This document shows, piece after piece, positions 9,218 through 17,830 of a stretch of 64,000 nucleotides of DNA (the first letter of the stretch is position 1; each line of letters opens with the position of its first letter). Under the pieces are notes generated by a model. The model was given only the letters and a program-made list of their open reading frames with translations. It ran no database searches and was not told where the DNA came from. The position numbers and the translations under genes are program-made. Source of the stretch: Phycisphaeraceae bacterium (GTDB lineage Bacteria > Planctomycetota > Phycisphaerae > Phycisphaerales > Phycisphaeraceae); assembly GCA_963674705.1 (NCBI GenBank), contig OY771506.1:352001-416000 (forward strand), written 5' to 3'.

Positions 9218-9655
9218 ATGGATTATCAAGAATTCTATAAAGTCTTATTTACACCTCTGGTCAAACAATATGGTGAATTAGACAATGAAACATTGACGTC
9301 CATAATCGGCTTTTCCGCAGGCGGCCCCGTCTCATTATCTACAAATAAGAAACAAAATCTATTTGTGACCTGCGAACTGGCTACGTATCCCGAACAACAA
9401 CTAAGCTCTGAAGGCATCAGGTATGAGTTGTATTCTGTCGGCCAATTCCCTGCTGAATGGTGCAGTGTTGTCTTTACAGCTATAGGGAACTTATCTTTAA
9501 ATAAGCAGCTCGGTGATCGGCATACCATCGATATATCGGATCTAATGAGCGGGTCTGATACGATCGATGCCGTTCAGTTGCGATTATTCAGCCAGACAAG
9601 CATCAATAACCAGCCTTATGGCCTTTATGAAGTATCCCCACATAAGCCAGTCTGA
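9218..9655 (+). CDS. Suppressor-of-fused (SUFU)-like protein
   Basis: AT-rich ORF; IIGFSAGGP, FVTCELA, RYEL and LGDRHTIDI resemble bacterial SUFU-domain proteins. Confidence 0.55.
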   Translation: MDYQEFYKVLFTPLVKQYGELDNETLTSIIGFSAGGPVSLSTNKKQNLFVTCELATYPEQQLSSEGIRYELYSVGQFPAEWCSVVFTAIGNLSLNKQLGDRHTIDISDLMSGSDTIDAVQLRLFSQTSINNQPYGLYEVSPHKPV

Positions 9656-9680
9656 TATGGGTAATAAATCGGAGCCTATT

Positions 9681-10451
9681 ATGCCCCCACGTCCTTACGT
9701 CCTAATGGAAGCCAACTACAAGCAGCTTCTCGAAGATAAACCCAACGTCGCCGTCCTGCCTTGGGGCGCAACCGAAGCGCACAACTATCACATGCCGCAC
9801 GGCACGGATGTCTACGAAGCGCAGCTCCTCGCCGAACTGGCCGCGGGTGAAGCTGTCAAACAAGGCGCAAAGCCCATCGTCCTCCCCGTCGTCCCCTATG
9901 GCAACGACGGCCAACAACTCGACCAGGTCGCCACCATCAGCATCACCACCACCACCGCGCTCGCCATCCTCACCGATGTCGTCCACTCGCTTCAAAAACA
10001 AGCCATCGACAAACTCGTCATCCTCAACGCGCACGGCGGCAACGAATTCAAACCCTTAGTCAGAGACCTGCAAGCCAAAACCGGCATGCTCATCGTCGTC
10101 GTCAACTTCTGGCAACTCGCGTTGGACGTTCAAAACAAAGTCCTCGACGATCCCGGCGACCACGCCGGCGAACTCGAAACCGCCATGCTCCTGCACCTCA
10201 CGCCCGACCTCGTCAAACTCGACCAGGCCGGCCCGGGAAGCATGAACGAATTCAAACTAAAAACCCTCCGCCAACCCGGCGTCTGGACCCCCCGCCCCTG
10301 GTCCGCCACCCACCCCGACACCGGCGCAGGCGACCCCCGCAAAGCCACCGCCGAAAAAGGCAAAAAATGCATCGAAGCCATCACCGCAAAAATCGCGGAG
10401 CTGTTGGTGGAAGTGTCGAATGCGGAAAAGGGGCAGTTGCCTTACGTTTGA
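9681..10451 (+). CDS. Creatininase family amidohydrolase
   Basis: LPWGATEAHNYH.PHGTD, NAHGGN and DHAGELET motifs; GGAG SD before ATG 9681. Confidence 0.92.
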   Translation: MPPRPYVLMEANYKQLLEDKPNVAVLPWGATEAHNYHMPHGTDVYEAQLLAELAAGEAVKQGAKPIVLPVVPYGNDGQQLDQVATISITTTTALAILTDVVHSLQKQAIDKLVILNAHGGNEFKPLVRDLQAKTGMLIVVVNFWQLALDVQNKVLDDPGDHAGELETAMLLHLTPDLVKLDQAGPGSMNEFKLKTLRQPGVWTPRPWSATHPDTGAGDPRKATAEKGKKCIEAITAKIAELLVEVSNAEKGQLPYV

Positions 10452-10466
10452 AAACAAAGAAGAAGA

Positions 10467-10543
10467 TTCACCGCAGAGATCGCGGAGGACGCAGAGTAGG
10501 ATAAGAAGTGTGGAACAATGATAAACGCTGATGAACGCTGATA
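10467..10543 (+). repeat. Left arm of 9-mer inverted-repeat bracket
   Basis: TTCACCGCAGAGATCGCGGAGGACGCAGAG plus AACGCTGATGAACGCTGAT. The outer part is complementary to 11269-11298 and 13335-13364. Confidence 0.8.
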
Positions 10544-10594
10544 GTCACGATTTGATCCCGTAGGAGCGGGCCTATCCGGGCGCAAACACTGAAT

Positions 10595-11101
10595 ATGCCT
10601 TCAACACCTGTCCCCGAAGTCAGAGATCATGATCTTCCGGTTGTCGAATCGACATTCTGGAGAACCTCCTATTGGCTTGTGTTGATTCACTCAACATGCA
10701 TTTGGATTAGTTGTTTCGTATGCGTATTTCCGTTGCTAGGTGCGAAAACAGATCCTGATGACAGCACAACACTTCTTGTTCTTTTCGCGGTTATATTTTT
10801 TCTTTCCATCACAAGTATCCTGGCCAGCGTCGGGTTTTATAAATGTAGACGAAGCGATCGAAGCAAAGGGTACTTGATAGCCTACATTATCCTCCAGTCA
10901 CTTTATTTTGTCAGTAGCTTGACTTGCGTGTCATATGTTTTCTACGTGATCTTGGCTTTGGCTGCTGGTTATCAAAACCAATCAACAGTTGGGTTAGCAG
11001 TCGTGATTATCTTGGCTCTTGTCGGCTCCTGTCTGCCTTTGTGGCTCGTGATAGGCAGAGGCGTATGGATACTTTTTCATCGGCCCCAGGCAACTGGTTG
11101 A
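10595..11101 (+). CDS. Orphan 4-TM membrane protein
   Basis: AT-rich 168-aa ORF with four hydrophobic segments, enclosed by inverted repeats. Confidence 0.7.
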   Translation: MPSTPVPEVRDHDLPVVESTFWRTSYWLVLIHSTCIWISCFVCVFPLLGAKTDPDDSTTLLVLFAVIFFLSITSILASVGFYKCRRSDRSKGYLIAYIILQSLYFVSSLTCVSYVFYVILALAAGYQNQSTVGLAVVIILALVGSCLPLWLVIGRGVWILFHRPQATG

Positions 11102-11220
11102 TGCCAATGGTAGATTCCTGAATTGCGTCACTTGAGGCTATGACTTGCGAGGCACATACGGCCCAACCTTCCAGGAATGCGGAGCCTCAGTACGTAGGCC
11201 CAGACCCACATCCGCAAAAT

Positions 11221-11309
11221 CAAAATATGCGTAATCCCCGTAATCTGCGAATACTTCTATTTGCCTTTCTCAGCGCCCTCCGTGTCCTCTGCGGTGAACC
11301 CGCTTATCC
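11221..11309 (-). repeat. Right-arm repeat, copy 1 (89 bp)
   Basis: 79/89 identical by manual alignment to 13287-13375. Confidence 0.9.
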
Positions 11310-11400
11310 CCCTATCACCAACCAACATCTCATTTTGATTGTAAAATTACTGATATGTCGAGCATGAGACAGTTGCCATAGGTATGAATAGAGGGGGCAC

Positions 11401-12324
11401 ATGTTTTATCCCATCCGGTCGTTCTATCCTGAACTGAAGCCACTACCCTGGAAACTGAGGTGGGCGGTTATCAAGCGCGTCTGCGAAAACCCGATGTCGC
11501 GAAGCCGTGCGCCTAAATTGCTTGTGGGTATTGGCACGGTTGTGGGGCTGGTGAGTATGGTCACCGCCATCTATCTCACGTTGGGCACATTTTCAATGAA
11601 CAACGATGTTGTGGTTGTGATGGCCGCCGTGTTGGCATTGCTGCCGTTTTGTATAGCCGCTTATGTCGTGAAAGTCATCGACGACCGTAAGTCGTTTCTC
11701 ATCTGGCTGGAAAATCACACATACAACCAACGGTCACACTTCTGCCTGAACTGCTGGCAACCTTTGCATGATCTCGATCGCGAAGATTGCCCACACTGTT
11801 CACAGCAGCAATTCACGTTCAACACCGACCGCCAGGGCACCGCTTTACCCTTAGAGGAAGCAACAGAAGAAACACCCGAACTGCAACTACCCGCCATCGA
11901 GTTGCCGGACAAGACTGACCGAGAAGCCATCAGCTACTTCCTGCAAGGCAAAAAACCACCGGAAGCAGAATTCTGGTACGCCATGACCGAACCGTTGGCG
12001 TATGCCGTCATCTTCGGCCTGCCGATCTCCATCGGCGTCGTCATCTACAGCCCCACATACCGGTGGTATGCCATGGCTGCAGCGATAGCCATCATCTCTC
12101 TCGCAGGGATAGCGGGGTACCGTATTCAACGAACCACCCGAGCACATTCAAAACGGGCTATCAAAAAGTACTGCCCCGACGGCGTCGCCCCGTGGTGCAT
12201 CTACTGCGACTACGACCTGCGCGGCCGCATCGAATCTTCCTGCCCGGAATGCGGCAAACCCATCTTCGTCTACGACTTCAAATGGCGGCCGTGGAAGTTC
12301 AGACGATCCCGGCCTGAAAAATAA
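11401..12324 (+). CDS. Membrane protein with two (2TM + CxxC..CxxC zinc ribbon) modules
   Basis: CLNC...CPHC and CIYCDYDLRG...CPECG, each following a pair of TM helices; GAGGGG SD. Confidence 0.8.
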   Translation: MFYPIRSFYPELKPLPWKLRWAVIKRVCENPMSRSRAPKLLVGIGTVVGLVSMVTAIYLTLGTFSMNNDVVVVMAAVLALLPFCIAAYVVKVIDDRKSFLIWLENHTYNQRSHFCLNCWQPLHDLDREDCPHCSQQQFTFNTDRQGTALPLEEATEETPELQLPAIELPDKTDREAISYFLQGKKPPEAEFWYAMTEPLAYAVIFGLPISIGVVIYSPTYRWYAMAAAIAIISLAGIAGYRIQRTTRAHSKRAIKKYCPDGVAPWCIYCDYDLRGRIESSCPECGKPIFVYDFKWRPWKFRRSRPEK

Positions 12325-12335
12325 GGGGGAATGCC

Positions 12336-13250
12336 ATCTACATCATCCGCTCCCACTATCCCGAACTGCAGCATCTTCCGCATGAACTACGGCACGATCT
12401 ACTCAAGCACATCTGTGCCAATCCCGTGCATCAGCCCGTCCTACCGTTGGTCGTTTTTTCCGCCGGATTGATCCCGGTCTTCGTCACACCCTTCGCCGCA
12501 ATCTGGTACTACGGCATCTATCTGGTGTCCCTCACAAATATCCTGCTTATCACCGGCAGCGTCGCGCTATTCTGGGTTGCAGGCATCGTGATCCCCAAAC
12601 TTATCAGCGACCGTAAAAAGTTCTGTAGATGGTTAGACCGACGCACATACCGTGGGTATCCACATCATTGTTTAAGTTGCAGACACCTGTTGAAAGACCC
12701 GATCGCCACATGCTGTGAATCTTGCGGAGCGCAAACGCATCGACTGGACACGGAACGGCAAGGCGTCGCTCCGCCGGCCGAGGACATGGCTCTGCAATCA
12801 CTGATCGATCCGTCGATGACCACGTATCCGAAGGACCGACAACGTAAAGACCTCACCAAGAATCTCCACTTTGCTCAACGGCAACATCTGCTGCTGGAGG
12901 GCTTCGTAGTATCTCTCACGCTGGTCTTAGAGGGATGGTTGCTATGGGCTATCCTCGTATGTGTAATTGGGTACTGGATCTGGCAAAGTTGGGGCACATG
13001 GTGGCTGATGACACTGAAAATCGCAGCGATCGTGGCGTTATATATTCTGGTTGTAGCCTGGATCGCAATGCAACCGCGGCTATTGCTTAAGGCCGTTAAA
13101 AAGTATGGGCCATATGGAGCGTTACCCTGGTGTCTATCCTGTGATACTGATCTGCACGGCAATCTGACTCGCGACAGAGACGGGCGTCTCAAGAAACGAT
13201 GTGCCAAGTGTGGACGGCCAGTGTTTGAATATGAAGTGGATGACAAATAA
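12336..13250 (+). CDS. Tandem paralogue of 11401-12324 (zinc-ribbon membrane protein), start anomalous
   Basis: The frame upstream of GTG 12426 reads IYIIRSHYPELQHLP...ICANP, aligning with FYPIRSFYPELKPLP...VCENP. Contains CLSC..CESC and CLSCDTDLHG..CAKCG. Confidence 0.7.
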   Translation: MYIIRSHYPELQHLPHELRHDLLKHICANPVHQPVLPLVVFSAGLIPVFVTPFAAIWYYGIYLVSLTNILLITGSVALFWVAGIVIPKLISDRKKFCRWLDRRTYRGYPHHCLSCRHLLKDPIATCCESCGAQTHRLDTERQGVAPPAEDMALQSLIDPSMTTYPKDRQRKDLTKNLHFAQRQHLLLEGFVVSLTLVLEGWLLWAILVCVIGYWIWQSWGTWWLMTLKIAAIVALYILVVAWIAMQPRLLLKAVKKYGPYGALPWCLSCDTDLHGNLTRDRDGRLKKRCAKCGRPVFEYEVDDK

Positions 13251-13286
13251 TAAACAGCCCGTAGTCCCGGGCTCGCATTTACTCAT

Positions 13287-13375
13287 CAAAATCTGCGTAA
13301 TCCCCGAAATCTGCGGATACTTCTTCTTGTCTTTCTCCGCGCCCTCTGCGTCCTCTGCGGTGAACCCTCTTATCC
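13287..13375 (-). repeat. Right-arm repeat, copy 2 (89 bp)
   Basis: Direct repeat of 11221-11309. Confidence 0.9.
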
Positions 13376-13383
13376 GAACCGCA

Positions 13384-14700
13384 TCACTCCGCCGCAGACT
13401 GCTTCACCTCGCGCGGCATGATTTCGATCTGCGGCGTTGGATCGGCGGGCAGTTCCTTCGCCGAATCCGCGCCGAGTTCTTTGAACTTGCGGGCGCTACT
13501 GACGACACGAGTCTCGAAGCTGCCGACGAAGTCGTTGTAAGACTTGACGGCCCGGCCAAGGTTCTGGCCCAGCTTGTCGACGTGGCCCGTCGCGACGGTG
13601 ATGCGTTCGTGCAGCTCTCGGCCGAGGTCGCTGATCTTGCGGGCGTTCTCCGCCATGCGCGTCTCACGCCAGCCCATCTCGACCACGCGCAGCAGGCTGA
13701 TGAGGATCGCGGGTGTTGCGATGACGACGCCGTTGGCCATCGCGCTTTCAGCAAGGCCCGTTTCGACATCGAGCGCCGCGGTCAGAAACGCTTCGCCCGG
13801 CACGAACAACACCACAAAGTCCGGCGCTTCGGTCAGGCTCTGTGTGTAGCTCTTGCGCGACAGTTCCGTGACGCGCGACTTCAGATCGCCGGCGTGCTTG
13901 TGCAGCAGGTGCTTGCGCTGCGTCGGGTCTTCGGTTTCCATCGCCTGGAAGTAGTTTTCGCCGACCGCCTTGGCGTCGATCACGATGGATCGGCTTGATG
14001 GCAGATGCACAACCATGTCCGGGCGCAGACGGTCTTCGCCTGTCCAGATGGTGACCTGTTCATCAAAGTCGCAGTAGTTACTCATGCCCGCCATCTCGAC
14101 GATACGCCGGAGCGTGATCTCACCCCAGCGCCCGCGCGCGGTGGCGGAACCCTTAAGCGCGGTCGTCAGTGCGGTGGTCTGTTCGCCGAGTCGGCGCTGC
14201 ACATCGATCATGGATGACAGTTGCTGACGCAGCGAACCCTGGTCCTGCTTGCGTTCCTTCTCGATATCGGTGACGGCTTTGGAGTGTTTATCAAGCGCTT
14301 CGCGGATCGGTTTGATCAGCGCCTCAATCGCCTGCTTGCGCTGCTCAAGCTGCGCGGCCGCATCCTTCTGTTCGCCATCCAAGGTCTTCTTGGCTAGCTG
14401 CAAAAACTGCTCGTTCGACTGCTTGAGCACATCGTTGGCCAGGGCTTTGAACTTATCATCCAGCCCCTCGTGTTTGGCGCGCAGCTCGGTGAGTTGGTTT
14501 TCCTTCTCGTGAACCGACTTCTCCAGTTCATCGATCGCATTCATGTAGCCTTCGATCGCGGTTTCACGCTGCTTCAGATCGCCCGCCACACGGTCACGGT
14601 CGGCCCGAAGCGATTTGCGGTCGGCATACAGCCATACGCAATACGCAGCAGAAGCAGCCAGCGCGATCAGGGCGACGATAGAAAGAATCTGCCAGAGCAT
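13384..14700 (-). CDS. rmuC: DNA recombination protein RmuC
   Basis: N-terminal TM and coiled coil; RGRWGEITLRRIVE.AGM, RPDMVVHLP..IVIDAK and PDFVVLFVPGE motifs. Confidence 0.93.
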   Translation of the reverse strand: MLWQILSIVALIALAASAAYCVWLYADRKSLRADRDRVAGDLKQRETAIEGYMNAIDELEKSVHEKENQLTELRAKHEGLDDKFKALANDVLKQSNEQFLQLAKKTLDGEQKDAAAQLEQRKQAIEALIKPIREALDKHSKAVTDIEKERKQDQGSLRQQLSSMIDVQRRLGEQTTALTTALKGSATARGRWGEITLRRIVEMAGMSNYCDFDEQVTIWTGEDRLRPDMVVHLPSSRSIVIDAKAVGENYFQAMETEDPTQRKHLLHKHAGDLKSRVTELSRKSYTQSLTEAPDFVVLFVPGEAFLTAALDVETGLAESAMANGVVIATPAILISLLRVVEMGWRETRMAENARKISDLGRELHERITVATGHVDKLGQNLGRAVKSYNDFVGSFETRVVSSARKFKELGADSAKELPADPTPQIEIMPREVKQSAAE

Positions 14701-14751
14701 GATTGGATTGTACCCCGGCAGCGGGATGCAAGGAATGGTGATTTAAGGATT

Positions 14752-14835
14752 TGGGGTGTGGGGTGTGGGGTGTGGGGTGTGGGGTGTGGGGTGTGGGGTG
14801 TGGGGTGTGGGGTGTGGGGTGTGGGGTGTGGGGTG
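14752..14835 (+). repeat. (TGGGGTG)12 heptamer tandem array
   Basis: 12 perfect copies counted. Confidence 0.95.
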
Positions 14836-14873
14836 TGGGAATTGTATTGCTAATGGCTAATTGCTAAAGGCTA

Positions 14874-15914
14874 GAGCATCTTCCACGCCACTGTAGCGCC
14901 CTTGTACACAAGTGATTATGCTGTGCCTTCAAGCAAGGAGGCTTTGATGAAGGCATATTCAATGGATCTGCGGAAGCGGGTGTTGGCGGCGTGTGATGCC
15001 GGGCACGGCACGCGTGAGGTGGCCAAGCGGTTCTCGGTCAGCGCCTCGTGGGTGCGTCGGCTCAAGCAACGGCGTCGTGAAGGCGAGGGGATCGCGCCGC
15101 GGCCTCAGGGCGGCGACTACGTCAGCCGGTTCGCCGGCAAAGACCTGCAGCGTGTACATGCGATGCTCAAGCAGAAGCCGGACACGACGCTGGATGCGTT
15201 GCGTGTGCGTTGTGAGCGTGAGCTGGGCATCCGTTGCGGGCTGGGCACGATGTGGCGGACGGTGCGTTGGAAGCTGGGGTGGACGTTTAAAAAAAGTCAT
15301 TACGGCCCAGCGAGCAGGACCGCGCGGATGTGAAGCAGCAGCGTGTGAACTTCCGCATCGCCACACGGTTCATCGAGCCTAAGCAGCTTGTTTTCCTGGA
15401 TGAATCGGGCGCGAGGACGAACATGACCCGCCTGCGGGGCTGGGCCGGACGCGGTTGCCGGCTGGACGCCGCGGCGCCGCACAGCCACTGGCGTACGACG
15501 ACGATGCTCAGCGCGATCGGTTGTGAGGGTGTGATCCAACGGGCGACGCTGGCCTTCGACGGCGCGACGGATGCGGCGCTGTTCCGAGGCTACGTCGAGC
15601 GTTGCCTGGCCCCGGCACTAAAGCAAGGCCAGATCGTCGTGATGGATAACCTGGCGTCGCATAAGGTGCGCGGGGTGCGTGAAGCGATCGAAGCGGCGGG
15701 CTGTGACCTGTGGTACTTACCGCCGTACTCACCGGACTTCAACCCGATCGAGAAGATGTGGAGCAAGGTCAAAGCCCTGCTGCGTGCCGCCGCCGCGCGG
15801 ACCAGCGACAAACTGATTGAGGCGATCGGTCGGGCGTTGCGTGCGGTATCCCTGGACGAGTGCCGCAACTACTTCCGCAGCTGCGGGTATGCTACATGAG
15901 ATTGGAAGACGCTC
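14874..15914 (+). mobile_element. IS630-family insertion sequence, 1041 bp, TA target duplication
   Basis: Left end TA|GAGCATCTTCCAcgccacTGTAGC; right end GCTACAtgagatTGGAAGACGCTC|TA; encloses a DDE transposase. Confidence 0.93.
14947..15899 (+). CDS. IS630 transposase (two ORFs joined by a -1 frameshift)
   Basis: HTH ORF MKAYSMDLRKRV; catalytic ORF with FLDESG, VMDNL and LPPYSPDFNPIE; slippery TTTAAAAAAAG at 15286-15296. Confidence 0.92.
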
Positions 15915-15931
15915 TAATGGCTCCCCTCCCC

Positions 15932-15968
15932 CCCAACGCCGGTTCTGAGCGCAGCGAAGGGCCGGGCC
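15932..15968 (-). repeat. REP-like element family A (CCGG[C/A]CCTTCGCTGCGCTCAG[A/G]ACCGGCGTTGGG)
   Basis: Other copies at about 16951, 35481, 35601, 35661 (rc variant), 36273, 45752 (rc variant), 45829 and 48459. Confidence 0.88.
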
Positions 15969-16112
15969 GCTTTGAGCAGGAGAGGGTAGATCAGAAGAGC
16001 AGGAGAAGAGGATCACGCGAAGGCGAGTAAACTCGCCCGCTAAACGGGGAGTGTGGCAACAGTTCCAAATCATGAACTCCGGTCCGACCAGACCCCAGAC
16101 CCTAAACCCTAA

Positions 16113-16604
16113 TCACACCTTGATATCGATGTGCGTGTACAAGGCATCACCATCTTCGCGCGGGCGGGCGCTGATCGCTTTCTGTTTGATGGCCGGATCG
16201 GCACTGGCGTTTAGCTGCTGCAGCAGCGTCTCGGAGTCGGGCAGACGACTGGCCTGCTCGTAAGCCATGCTGGCGGCCTGCTCCTCGGCCTCAGCGTGCT
16301 TCTCAGCCCGTTGATCGTCCGGGTGCTCCCGGTCAGGCTGCTGATTGTCCACGTGCAGACGTGTCGCGTCCTCGTCGCCATCGTGCTCTTCCAGACCGAG
16401 CAGGCGGATCTCGAACACCTCCGAATCACGCTGAGCCTGGCGGGTCCGGTTGTTCTCCTTACGGTCCTGCTGACGGGCAACCTGCTGAGACTGCAGGCCC
16501 GTCTGGGCGACCGCGGCAGCGATACCGGTTCCTATAGCACTCACGATGAAGTCTCCAAGAGGCGTTTGCAGGTTGGAGTCGCCTGTATCCCATTCATCGG
16601 CCAT
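16113..16604 (-). CDS. Hypothetical protein
   Basis: Q/E/D-rich ORF with host-like codon usage, ending HIDIKV; start uncertain. Confidence 0.6.
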   Translation of the reverse strand: MADEWDTGDSNLQTPLGDFIVSAIGTGIAAAVAQTGLQSQQVARQQDRKENNRTRQAQRDSEVFEIRLLGLEEHDGDEDATRLHVDNQQPDREHPDDQRAEKHAEAEEQAASMAYEQASRLPDSETLLQQLNASADPAIKQKAISARPREDGDALYTHIDIKV

Positions 16605-16687
16605 AACGGACGCCGAACTTTAATCAGAATCTATAAAAGCAGATAGATAAGTTGTTTATCTAAATTTACGGGGTTGTAGGAACTGGG

Positions 16688-16833
16688 GGGATTGGGGTGT
16701 GGGGAATTGTATTTATGATTTAAGATTGATGATTTAGGATTTGTGCTGATGGCTAACTGCTAAAGACTAATGGCTTTCTGCCCCTAAAGCCGCGCGATAG
16801 CTGCGCAGCAGCTTTCCGCGGGTCTCTTCCCGG
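16688..16833. repeat. Composite repeat module, second copy
   Basis: GGGGTGT, TTTATGA and GCTAATG heptamers plus a 47-bp unit 46/47 identical to 7750-7796. Confidence 0.85.
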
Positions 16834-16893
16834 AGTTCGAGAATCTGCAGGATCGTATTTTCTGTTTTTCTGCTTTCCCCCTCCCCCGCGCAT

Positions 16894-16920
16894 AAAAAAC
16901 GCCCCTCGAAAGGGGCGCTT
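16894..16920 (-). terminator. Intrinsic terminator after nusG
   Basis: Minus strand GCGCCCCT-TTCG-AGGGGCGT-TTTTT. Confidence 0.85.
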
Positions 16921-16997
16921 AAGTGTAATCTGGTTATTGAGCCGCATGTCGCCCGGCCCCTAGCTTCGCTCAGGACCGGCGTTGGGTTGACGGGAAA

Positions 16998-17048
16998 ATA
17001 CCCGATACCCGATACCCGATACCCGATACCCGATACCCGATACCCGAT
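16998..17048. repeat. (ACCCGAT)7 heptamer array abutting the nusG stop
   Basis: Directly visible; reverse complement of the CGGGTAT array at 7794. Confidence 0.93.
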
Positions 17049-17049
17049 T

Positions 17050-17781
17050 TTACTCTTCGAACTTCTCGATGAGCCAGTATTCCAGTTCGATCGGGGTGGC
17101 TCGACCGAAGATGGTGACCACCACGCGAACCTTGCCCTGGTCGGGCAACAACTCGTCCACGGTGCCTTCCATGTTCTCGAACGGGCCCTCGCGGATCTTG
17201 ATGTGATCGCCGGGTGCGAATTCCATCTTGACGGTGGGCTGTTCCTCGGCGGGCTTGGACGCCATCTGCATCTTCTCGATCTCGGGGATCGACATGGGCG
17301 ATGGACGCCCGGCTGTGCCGATGAAGTCGCCGACGCCGGTCGTTTCCTTGATGAGGAAGAACACGTCCTGGGGGATGCGGCCGTCATCTTCAAGCTGCAT
17401 CTCGACGAAGACGTAGCCGGGGTACAGCTTCTTCTCGACGATCTTCTGCTTGCCGGCCTTGATGGTCTTTTCCTTCTCGGTCGGCACGAGGATGCGGTTC
17501 ACGAGGTGCTCGAAGCCCTCGATCTTGATCTTGCGCAGCAGCGTCTCGCGGACGGAATCTTCCTTGTTGGAAGCGACACGCAGGACGAACCAGTTCATGC
17601 CTGGCGTGACCAGCAGTTCTTCGTCCTCGCCGCCGGGCATGCCGGAGGCTTCGGGCGATTCGTGCGGCTGCGAGGATCCCGCTTCGCCTTCGTTCGGTTC
17701 TGGCGTTTCGTCAGGAAGGTCGGGGTGTTCGGGATTCTGCATCGTGACGTCTTCGTCCTGGAGGAGGTTATCGTCAGCCAT
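17050..17781 (-). CDS. nusG: Transcription termination/antitermination factor NusG, with acidic N-terminal extension
   Basis: WFVLRVASNKE, KKLYPGYVFVEM and KOW motif GPFENMEGTV...IFGRATPIEL. Confidence 0.96.
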   Translation of the reverse strand: MADDNLLQDEDVTMQNPEHPDLPDETPEPNEGEAGSSQPHESPEASGMPGGEDEELLVTPGMNWFVLRVASNKEDSVRETLLRKIKIEGFEHLVNRILVPTEKEKTIKAGKQKIVEKKLYPGYVFVEMQLEDDGRIPQDVFFLIKETTGVGDFIGTAGRPSPMSIPEIEKMQMASKPAEEQPTVKMEFAPGDHIKIREGPFENMEGTVDELLPDQGKVRVVVTIFGRATPIELEYWLIEKFEE

Positions 17782-17830
17782 AATAGTTGCCCTGATCTGC
17801 GAGATTCGCCGGGGTTGCCGTGGATTATCC

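Noticed and set aside
14470..14853. ORF ending in (GVWGVGC)n, and ORFs with (GIGYRVS)n / (YPIPDTR)n at 16767-17393 and 16987-17880
   Set aside because: Translations of intergenic heptamer arrays overlapping rmuC or nusG, not real proteins.
15286..15333. IS630 split into two ORFs as a pseudogene
   Set aside because: The A7G slippery site with -1 geometry is the normal programmed-frameshift arrangement in IS630 elements; TIRs and DDE residues are intact.
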